64,000 nt of DNA, taken from the NCBI GenBank assembly GCA_012295275.1, contig CM022665.1:41168001-41232000 (forward strand), given 5' to 3'. Of the stretch, positions 42,276 to 54,641 are shown in pieces (within the stretch, counting starts at the first letter, position 1; each line of letters opens with the position of its first letter). The translations under genes were made by a program, and so were the position numbers. The DNA is from Chrysomallon squamiferum. Taxonomy: Eukaryota; Animalia; Mollusca. The notes under the pieces were generated by a model, which had not been told where the DNA came from, ran no database searches, and saw only the letters and a list, made by a program, of their open reading frames with translations.

Positions 42276-43860
42276 GAGAGAGAGAAAGAGAGATGGAGAG
42301 ATAGAAAAAGAGAAAAAGAGAGATGGAGAGTTAGAGAAAGAGAAAGAGAAATGGAGAGATAGAGAAAGAGAGAGATGGAGAGTTAGAGAAAGAGAGAAAG
42401 ATGGAAAGTTAGAAAAAGAAAAAGAGAAAAATGGAGAGAAAGAGAGAGAGAGATGGAGAGTTAGAGAAATAGAGAAAGAGATGGAAAGTTAGAAAAAGAG
42501 AAAGAGAAAAATGGAGAGAAAGAGAAAGAGAGAGAGAGAGAGAGAGATAGAAATAGAGAGAGAGAGTGAAAGAGAGACAGAGATCGTAAAAAGAAGTAAC
42601 TGAAAACTGCAACAGGTTTCATTATCATTCACATTTAACATCCCCTGATACTAGTATCAAAGTATGTTCACATGCAGTTATGCACCCATTCAGTTCTAAA
42701 TGAATCTCACTTCACCCCAGCCCAGGCTTATATATCAGACTTAGAATGAAATCAGTAAACACCTCGACATGTTATGTTCTGAGGTTACCACATTCTGTAT
42801 GATTACAGTTTCTTTGCAAATGAGTGTCACATTAAATCTGCCATTAAGTCAGAATCTAAATTTGATAGGCACTGACAAATGTACTTTAAAGCTCACTGGT
42901 TTTAGAACCAGTTGAAGAAGAAAAGGATTCATTAATAGTGCAAGTCAAATTACACACACAGAATGAGGTTCACAGAGATTTTTACATGTGGGAATAGTAA
43001 CAGCTATTATAAAATACAGAAAGAGTGTGTTTGGTTTTATCAGTTTGCTAACCCGTGGTAAAGTACAATAACAGATAAGTGTATTCAAATATGGGTGTAT
43101 AATTATCATTATTTTATTATTTTGAAAAAATAGTGATAGTTAATAGATGATAGGCATGTTAAAAGCATTAAAAAGCATATGGCTTTTGTTAATGTTTGCT
43201 TAGCGCACACACACACATATACACACACATTCAAACACATACATAAATACATACATACAAACTTACATACACATACTCATAAACACAACATACATACACA
43301 CACACACACATAAACACATACGTATGTACATACAATGAAGATGATATAAAGATTTTGTGCGTTCAGTCCCCCCCTAAACCATTTTTGGCTGTAACCACAT
43401 CTAAAGTCAGTCAGAGAAATCTATGTAGTAATTTTATATTCTGCAGCTTGCATCAGCTAATCCGAAATGAAATTTATCACTGTATCCAGTCTGAGCGTGG
43501 GCTATTGATTCATGTAAGAATTTGATCTTACACTCAGTTACAAGACTTAGACTGTTTCTCATTGCAGTCTGAGGTGTCTCACATAACCGAAATGACGAAA
43601 TACGTATTATGAATCAAAATAATGAAAGACAATTTTTGTCACTTGTATTAATGAATGGATTGGATGGGATGGGATGGGATTGATGGATGGATGGATGGAT
43701 GGATCTAGTTATGAATGTGTGGATATGTGGATGTAAGTATGGATGTAACAGTGAATGAATGTGTGTGTGTGTGTGTGAGTGTGTGTGTGTGTGAATGTAT
43801 GTGCATATAATGTGTGTTTATGTATGTATATGTATATATATATATATAAATATATATATA

Positions 43861-43894
<34 letters not shown>

Positions 43895-44356
43895 AGTATG
43901 TATATATAATGTATGTGTGTGTGTTTAAGTTTTACATCATCTCATGTTTGTAGGTCTCAGACACAGATACTTGTGTCTTAATTTTTGCTGTCCTTCCTCA
44001 AACCCATGCATACATATATTTACACATACGTACAAAACTCACACACATACACCTACACACACACATACACCTTACCTGCACACACATATTGTCAAAGCTG
44101 TGGTAAACAGCCCTTCATCACACATGTATTGTTTTTATAAACTGTTGTGTATTTTGTTGCGCAGGTCCTATTGATGCCAGTAAGACTGGGTTCATGAACT
44201 ACAGCTCTACAGTTGTCTGTATGGCAGGTTCGTCTCATCCGCTTCAGATTGAAACTAGAGATTCCTTCGGAAATCTGGCTGCATACAAAACAGACCAAAA
44301 CAACTATTTTAAAATCAGTGTCAGAGAGGTAGTTATTAACATAATATTTATTAACT

Positions 44357-44393
<37 letters not shown>

Positions 44394-44520
44394 TTCTTGG
44401 ATTTTGTGTCTTTATTTATATTCATTTGTTTTTCTTTTCAATTTGAAAATTGCCAAACTACATGCACGTGTATTTATGCAAACACATATATACTCTGAGA
44501 CAGACAGACAGACACACACA

Positions 44521-44594
<74 letters not shown>

Positions 44595-47500
44595 AATAAC
44601 AAATAAAATATTAAAAATAGGAAGTAAGATAAATTTGTTGAGTCTAATACCTGACTATAACAACATCTGAACTGAAAAGAGTTTTCAAAAATTTAATACC
44701 TGACTTTGATAACATCATCTCAACCCATCTTGGGCCACTATTATAAGAAGCAGAAGTTGAAACATGTTGTATGATAGACTTGGGATTGGAATTCGCTTAT
44801 TATTTAACTCTGGGACTAACTCGGCTTTTGAAAAATGTATAATTTGGACACTGGCATAGCCAGCTATTCTATTTTAACTTTTATTTGCGATGTAATCAAA
44901 TATTTTCTAATTTATTTCTGTTTTCAGTCAGGCAGCAACACAAAGTATGTCCCAGCCACTCAGATTATTTATGACCCAAATGAAAAACGTCTGACAATGT
45001 ACATAACAATGGAACGAGCTGGATGTTATCATGCCAAAGTGTCTTATGGAGATGTCAAGCTGAAAAATGGAGATTTTGATATCGTAGTGCTAAGTCGTAA
45101 GTATTAGTTCAAGCTCGGTGTTATCATTACCAGAGTGTCTTATGAAGATGTCAGTTTGAAAAATGGAGGTATTGATATAGATGTGTAAATGAAATTATGC
45201 AAAAATCCATGTAAAAGGTCACGAGAACTGACTGTCCATGCACATGATGATTAAAGAAAAAAAATATAGTTTCTTTTAAAAATCGTTTTATGTTACTCAC
45301 TTGCCCATGTTTGAAGTGATTTTTCATTTGTTCTCATTTGATATATTTTTGCCTAATGATTGGTAGTGTCTATTCCTCTTTATCATTCTGATTGATATTT
45401 TTGATATTTATAAAGCTTCAGTGACTGGAAATTATTAAACTGCTTTAGTGAAATAAATTATTTTAAAAAAAAATAAAAAATATCACAAATTATACTTTTC
45501 AGAATCTTTATACAATAAATTTCTTTACCTCAAATTTCTTTTTCTTTTTAAAAATATGATTTCGTAATCCAAGAATACAAGCCTGCTTATTCTGCTTCAC
45601 TGGCTACTGTTTCTGATTAGCAGCAAGACATCTTTCATTTCCATATTAGTTCCAATAGACTAGAAAGTGTGCTGAAGCCATTTTTGTCTCTCTTCATGAG
45701 GTTTTGAGGATTGATCCTGTAACTTCAACTCCTCAAGCAGTTTTCCATCGCTGAGTTACATTCACATTTTCATGATAAACCAAAAAAGTTATTTCTTGAA
45801 ACTATTCCACTGTATAAAAATTATTTCCTAAAACCATTCCACTGCATAAAAATGATTTCTTAAAACCATTCCACTACAGTATTCCCTCGCTATTCGCGGG
45901 GGTTACGTTCTTTACCCCACCGCGAATAGCGAAAAACCGCGAATATTGGATGCAGTTTTAAAACGTCTATTATGAGATTATATACGGTACTAAATGCTTC
46001 CCAAACACTTTCTAAAGACACTCTTACTCATTAATACAGTAATAAAAGTAATATTGCATGCAGTTATGTATTTCACTAATGTAGTAATGATAATGTAAAC
46101 ACATTTTAATTTTGTACTGAAACAATATTTTAATCAGAAAGAAACGTAAGTACAGGAGGACAGTAACACCGCATAGCATAGTTACCCATACTGTATTACT
46201 GTACCGTAAAGTCATTTTCTAAGCGTACAACATATGTATTAGAATTGACAGAAAGTGGAACAAATTTAAAGGCAAAACAGACAGATAAATACAGTGCAAT
46301 TAAAAACATTATTAATACACGGTCACAAAAAATATGCACTGTATATACAGTGTATGCATTTATAAAAAAAATACGTACTGTATTGCAATAATAATTGAAA
46401 AAATTTGATGTTGTTTGTGCAGTTTACCGAGCATTTGTTTTTATGACGTTATGACGCTCGCCTGGTATACTAGCATACAATGCGATAGGGTTAAGAGCCT
46501 AACCCGCGAATATACGGGGCGGGAATGGGGAACCGCGAATAGGTGAGGGTATACTGTATATATAAATATTATTATTTAAATCCATTCCTCTACATAGAAA
46601 TTACTTCTTAAAACCATTCCATAACATACAAATTATTTCTTAAAACCACTCCATTGAATACAATTTATTATCTAAAACCAGTCTACTACATACTTTCCAA
46701 ACAATGGTTAGACAAATTATTAATTTTTGTATAAATTTTACCATTGATTATTTTTATTGACTGGAATCACAGAACTGCCATTTTTTTAAATTCTTTTTTT
46801 GGTATACTTGTATTGTCTAGTCTTTTTGATCATTTGTATTTTTGTATTTTTTACATTAATTTTATAATATTCTGGATGTTCGATATCAGAATTATTGAGT
46901 ACTGGTTGGAATGTGATATAATTATTATAGCCTTGTGATGGGAATATTCTAGGCAATATTCAAGCATAGAGCTAAAGTTCGTTTTGTTTTCTTGTTTTTT
47001 TTTATCTATTTATTTATTACTATTTTTTGTTGCTGTTATTAATTAAATAATTAATTATTTAATTTATTTTTTATTTATTATTATTATTATTATTATTTTC
47101 CTTGTTGTAGAATATGGATATAATAATACTGCATATAAAAAACAGAATAGCAATTCTAATTTCATTAATTAGTTTAACAATTAACAGATGTTAAAGCTAG
47201 ATTATGTGTGTCTGCCTTAGTGATTTCCCCAGTTACTGGTAATATCTTTTGAAATTTCATTAGGAAAAGAACATTTTATCATATTTATTATGTATTTTGT
47301 GTGTGTAAATGTTTGTACATAAATGTATATGTCTGTGTATGTATGCGTCTCTGTATGAATGTTCCTATTTTCATTTTGTTATTTATTTTGTTATTTTTTT
47401 TATTTCCATAGCTAATGAAATGGCACATGTCCACAAGAACATTGCCAAGAAGAATCACAATGTGAGCTATGAGGCCAGACTGATTTCTTGTAACCATGAA

Positions 47501-49299
47501 AGACTGGAGAAACCTAAGAAAGTCTTTGTATATATTTCTCCCAAGGTTTGTATTTCAGCTAAAAACAAATCTAAATCAGAATTCTTACCATTATTATACA
47601 CGTTTTGTCAATTATTATGAATTAACTTTTGTCATTTTATATATATATATATATTTATCCATGTGTTGTACTTCACTGAAGAACAAATGTAATTCACAGG
47701 ATTTATTTTTACTGTCGTTTTATCATTATTATTATTACTAAATAGTATTAATAGTAGTAGTAGTAGTAGTAGGAGTAGTTCTATTTTATTATTATTATTG
47801 ACATCATTATTATCATTATCATCATCATCATCATTATTTACAATTATTATCCAATATTATGGTTTTAATTATTTATTTTTTATTTTTTATTTTATTCATA
47901 TATCTATTCCAGTATTTTAATTTAAATATATATATATATATATACAGCATTTAACCAGAACAGAATATTTGAAATTTTGAATAACTTCTTTATCAATAAT
48001 AAATGTACTAATAATTTTATATTTCAGCAATTAACATTGAAAGAATTTTACCTGAAGATTATAGGAAAGAAACTTTACACCTTCAGGGTGTGTCCATCCA
48101 CAAAGGTGAGAAAAAAAAAGAGAAGATTTTTCTGTTTAATTGTATGTGTTGACTGAATTTAAATGTAATATGATTAATGCTGTTTAGTAAAATATAATAA
48201 GGTTTATACTTAAGTCAAACTTCACAGTTCTAGTTTGAAAATATTTGCATTAAGAAATCAGTATTTAGACACACACACACACACAGAGAAAAATAACAAA
48301 AAAACCTGGATGATCAAAAGGTTGGTGAAAAATTTAAAGAAATTTAAAAAGTTTTTAATTTCATTTCTTGAAGAAATTGTAAGTATTTTCAGCTTTTCCA
48401 TTTTCTGACCATATTTTCTTTCAATAAACATTGTATGTGTTATTCAGTCTTGGGGAAGGTGCATATAAAAGAACCCTTACTGCTAATCACTGAAAGTTGC
48501 CCTAATAATGTCTGCAGCAGATTTATTTTATCATTACTGTCATTATAATGTAATATACATTTAATAAAAAAAAAAAAAAAAAAAACAACAACCCAACAAC
48601 AACAAAAAAACATAATAATTTAAGAAAATAAAAATTTATTTATATTTTAACTAATTCAAATGATTTGTCTGGTTTGTTTCTTTCTTCAACCATTGATCTG
48701 TGTCATCCATGTATAATGTTCCAAGTTTTTCATTTCAGTTTATATTCAATGGTTTGAACAATCAGTATGACACGTCAACATTCACGATAGATGATGGTGC
48801 CCAGCCTCCTATAGTTTTAGCTGCCAAAGATGGAAACATCATAGCAGCAACATTCACAAGTTACCTGCTGAAAAACATAGGTAAATCATTAAATATTCTT
48901 TAGAAAAATATAGGTAAATCCGAAAATTTTAAAAACTGAACATTTTTTTTTTTTTTTAAATAATGTTCAGAAAAATATTCTTAACTGAATTCTTCAGATT
49001 TTTTTGAAACGAATGCAGAAATGAAGTTTTTTTTTTTATTTTATTAATTGTTCAGTCTTTGCTGATAATAAAGTTTGATAGTAATGAGTCTAGCATTCAC
49101 AGGTTCTTTGAGGGTCATATTTTCTCATCATTCTTGTATAATTGTTTCATCATCTTAAACACATATAATAAGGTTTTTTTTTTAAAATAGAAAAGTGAAC
49201 AAATGGCAAAGTTGCAGTGTCTATAATAAGATGAGATTTTAATTACATTTTACATTCATTAATGTAGCTAGCTAGCTATAGATAGACAGACAGACAGAC

Positions 49300-49334
<35 letters not shown>

Positions 49335-49379
49335 GATGGGTGGATGATAGTTTTCTGGAAATTGCTACTGCCTAAACAA

Positions 49380-49410
<31 letters not shown>

Positions 49411-50182
49411 GTAAGTTTCAACATAGCTTATGCTTTGATCTTAAGGTCACAATTATTTCAGGCAGTTGTTTTAAATGCTACTCATATCTACCTGTCTGTT
49501 TTCAGGTGGCTCTGAAACATTCCAAGACAAACAAATATTTTTTAATCATCAACTGACACAGCTGCATTTGAGAAGGGCACATAGTCGTCTGCCAGTTAAA
49601 ATTGACAGATCCTGTCTCCTCTATAGTGTGAGTGAAGACTATACCCACACTAGTCAAAAATTCACTAGCAAAAACTTTTAACAAATCATATATTTAAATT
49701 AATAAAGAAACGTTTGTATTCTAATTCAGTTAAATAAAAAAATAAAAATTAGTTCGGAGTTAAATAGATGCATCCTTTTTTTATTGTACTTTTAAAGAAT
49801 TCAAAATAATTTTCAGATATTTAATCTTTGTTTCCAATAATAACAAAACTGTAGTTTAAAGTGGATTATTTTACATGAATTTGTATGAATTTGCCTTTAT
49901 AGAGTTACTGTTCTTGACATCCAAGTTTTTTATTTTTTGTTAGAGTTAATGTTCTTGACTCTGAAAAATGCCTGTAATTATTTGTATTTGTTTTAAATAG
50001 ATGAATTTACAAATTTCTTTATTTATTTATTTATGTCATTTCATTTTATTTTATTTTATGTTACATATTTATTTTATTTTATTTTATTTTATTTTACAGT
50101 CTTATAAAGCAACAAAACATTTTGATCTTGGTGACTGGTGTAAAAGATTTGAGATTACATTTCTGGATGAGCCAGGTATGTC

Positions 50183-50235
<53 letters not shown>

Positions 50236-50739
50236 CTGAAAAGTGTAATATATACAGTACTTTTAATACATAAATCATGTCATACATAAGTTATTTTATA
50301 TATTGAATATGTAATACCTTACAATACATTATAATATATATTAACCAACTAAATTTACATCTGTATTTTCTTCCTTATTTTCATTTTTATTTAAATGTTT
50401 TTTAATGCTAATATTTTCTGTTCTGAATGTTTATAAAGATGATATTTATTTATTTGCTTATTTATTTTATGGATTCTTAACATATTGTTTTTAAAATTAT
50501 TTTGGATATAATTTATTTGGCATTAGTTTTTTATTATCTTTTTTGTTGTTATTATTATTACTATTATCATCGTCATTATCTTTATTATATTTACTGTTGT
50601 TATTAGTATTAGTAGTATGATTATTATTAGTAGTATTGCTATTATTATTATTATTATTATTACTATTATTATATTATTATTATACTTTTATTATTATTAT
50701 TATTATATTTATTGTTATTATTATTATTATTATATTTAT

Positions 50740-50770
<31 letters not shown>

Positions 50771-53700
50771 GTGGGTAGTTAAAATGTTCAGCTATGTTAG
50801 GATTTCGTAACAGTGCTATTTAAAGAATACATGTGTTGAAGATTATATTTATTTATTCATTTATTTATTTATATTTCAGGTTTAGACTGGGGTGGCTTGC
50901 AGAGAGAATGGTTTGAACTTTTGTGTACAGAATTGTTTGATCCAGCTTGCTCAGGTCTTTTCATGCGTTTTACTGATGACTCTCAGGGCCTGGTAATAAC
51001 ATTCATATTTAATTTTTTAATTATTATATCTCTAATTTACTTTTCACTCTTTTTTTTTTTTTTATTAGACCCAAATACTGCATTATGTTGAAAATTTCAG
51101 CATCAAATAAAATTTTATAAATGTGTGTATAACTGTGTGTGTGTGATATTTGAATCTGTGCACATTTTATGTAATGTGCTTTGTACAAACTGGTTCTATA
51201 CGTAACCCACCTCCATCCAAACATGCATTCTTCCATATTTACAACCAAGCACAAAGACAGAGGTGTGTGTCATTGTGAATGTTTTTGTACTTTCATACAT
51301 ACAAACCAGTTCTATACATAACAACTCTCTGTCCAAATGTACTTTCTTCTGCATTCCCTACCATGCGCACAGACAAAGGAATGTGTTTCTATGGTTGTTT
51401 TTTTTGTTGTTGGTTTTTTTTATTTCCATAATGATAGATGTTATTTCCTCCATGGCGTTGAAGATGTTGATTAATTATATATATATATATTTGTTTGTTT
51501 GTTTGGTTTGTTTATTAGGTTCATCCAAATCCTAAGAGGCCACCAGAAATGAAGTTGAAGTATTATGAGTTTGCTGGTAAGATAGTTGGCAAGTGCCTTT
51601 ATGAGACATCTTTGTCATCAACGTACAGACAGCTTGTCAAAGCCAGGTTTTCCCGTTCCTTCCTTGCTCAATTGATAGGTCTTAGAGTTAATTACAAGGT
51701 ATGTTAATTTCTATTCTTTTCTTCTTTTTTTTTGATTTGAGTGTTGTTGTTTTTTTTTATATTGTTTGTGTTTGAAATAAATATTTTTTAAGAACGTATA
51801 TGAGTAGTGTGTCTATACATATATAATATCTGTGTTCCCATGAGTGTTTCTGTGTATATGTGTTTATGTATGTGTTTGTGTGTGTGTGTATCTGTGTGAC
51901 TGTGGTCTTATGTGTGTTTGTCTATACTTGTTTGTTTTGTTTTTATGTGTGTACATGTCTCTGAGTGAGTGTATGTGTGAATATGTGTAAGTCTGTTTTA
52001 ATGTATATATTGTTTATATATATATATATATATTCTTTAATGACCATTGATTTTTTGTAATCTTTTAAACAATTCACCATTGTTTGTAAATTACCACTGT
52101 TTATTTTTGTTGTTTCTTTTTCCTAGTACTTTGAAACTGATGATCCCGAATTTTACAAATCAAAAATAAAGTTTATAGAAGGAAATGACATTGATGAAAT
52201 GGAACTTACTTTCTCTGAAGAAGAATATTCAGCATCAGGTCATCTTCTAAAGGTAAAAATCATTTTGTCACACAGGTAACTATTGTTGCTTTATACAGGT
52301 AATAATTCTTTTTTTTACATAGCTTAAACTACTGCTGTGTTATAAAGGTAAAATATGTTGTTATATTATAAAGATAGCAAATATTTTATTACATAAGGTA
52401 ATTACTGTTACATAAAGCTAACAATTACTTTAGTAATTATTGTTTTATAAAGGTAACAATTACTTTACTAACTAGGTATCTATGTTATATTATTAAGATA
52501 ACAGGTCTTTTGTTATAAAGATAAAACATTTTTTGTTATAAAAATAAGAGACAGATTGAGGACTTCAGAAAAGCATTCTTTCTTGAAAAAAAAATAACAC
52601 TGGATCACCAAAACGACAGAGATACTGTTTCATTTTAGTTTGAGCTGAAATAATTGTTTTGCTACAAACATGATCATTATTTCACTGTAAGGTAAAAACT
52701 GTCTCATTAAAAAAAAGGTAATAATTGCTTTAATTACACAGGTTGTTGACTTAATACCCAACGGATCCCGGATACCTGTAACGAACAAGAACAAGCTTCG
52801 TTACCTGGATCTCCTAGCTCAGTACAGGTTAACGAGCTCGGTCAAAGATGAAGTGGAAGCATTCCTGAAAGGACTCAATGAACTTATTCCTGACAATCTG
52901 CTCAGTATCTTCGACGAAAATGAGTTGGAGGTTTGTGGAAATTGTTTACTTGTTTTTTGGAGTGTTTTCTTTTTTTTTTTTTTTAAAATAATTTATTTAA
53001 TTATAATTACATTATTAATAAAATACCTAAACATTTTAATATTTTTTTTTTTTTTTAAATCAATAATATATTTAATTTTCATAATGTTACAAACAGATGG
53101 TCTGACTGATGTTAGTTAAAGACCTAAATACATTTCACATTCATCCAAGTTATTATTTTTTTTTATATATAAAACTGGATACTAAGCTGTGCTAAAAATA
53201 AAGTATAATAATTAAATAAAAAGCTTAAAGATATTTAAGTTATTCTTTTTTTCATTTTACTTGACATTAGTTTGTTACTTTAAGATTATTAAAAGGGAAT
53301 ATGTGAGATAAATAAATCATTGCAAAGGTGACAATACTAAGTATATATTTTTTTTTTTTAACATTTCTTAGTATCAAATGATAGAGACTTACTAATATAT
53401 TATATTTTTATATTTTTATTTTATTTTGTTATTATTTTATTATTAAACAAATAAAACAGTAATGTGTTTTACTATTTTTTAACTCTTTTTTTTTTCTTAT
53501 CAGCATTTAGATCAAGGTCACTTAGATGATTTTATTTAAATTCAATTATAGTAATTCCAGTGTTAAAATTAGAAAATATGGTCTGGGGGTAATTGGCAGA
53601 TATCAGAAACTCAAAAATATTTTTAAAAACATTATCTTTGACATATTAATTTGTTGATTAGAATTTTATTACTTATCATTTCTTTTTTTCTTTTTGAACA

Positions 53701-54604
53701 AGGAAACAAATGGAATATAAATGTTGAAGTTAAACGTAAATATTATTACTTTTTTTTTTTTTTCTTTTTTTCTACAGTTGTTGATGTGTGGAACTGGTAA
53801 CTACAGTATTGCAGACTTCAAAATGCATCACACAGTTATTGGAGCTTCCTTGACTTTCACAAAGGTTTCTAACTAACTTGCAAATCAACCAGACAATCCT
53901 AAACTTTTCTTGTAACAGATCAGTGATTCCTAAAATATTTCAGTGTCACTCACCCTTGAGTCTTTCATCACAAAATTATTAAAAACAAAAGGAAATTTTA
54001 TCAACACTCATGATTAAATTTACTTGCCTTATTTGTAAATTTCAACTCTGGTTTTATTTTCTATTTTTATTTTAATTTTAAATTTTTTTTTTTTTTTTCT
54101 TTTAACTATTATTATTTGAAATTTAATCAACACTCATGATTAAATTTATTTACCTTTTCAGTCATTTTCACCTCTGGTTTTATTATCTATTTTTTTTTTT
54201 TTTTTTTTATTTCTGTTTCTTTTAACCATATTTATTTATTTTAAATATTTTTAATTTTTTATATATTTTTTTTTTTTTTTTTTTTTTTTTAACTAACAGG
54301 TTCTCGACTGGTTCTGGACAATCGTGGCAAGTTTCACAGAAGAACAGATGGCACGTCTGCTTCAGTTTACAACTGGGTGTTCCCAGCTCCCACCTGGAGG
54401 GTTTGCCGAACTCAACCCAAAAATACAGATCAGCTACTCACCAACTTACAATGCTCTGCCTACAGCCCACACGTGGTCAGTTAATTTGTTTCATTAAATC
54501 TTTCTAACTGTACTGGTTAAACCATAGATTTAATTTTACAAAAAAAAAAAAGAGTAGCTTTTATATATGATAGTATACAAATATATAGCCTTAGAGACCT
54601 CCAG

Positions 54605-54641
<37 letters not shown>

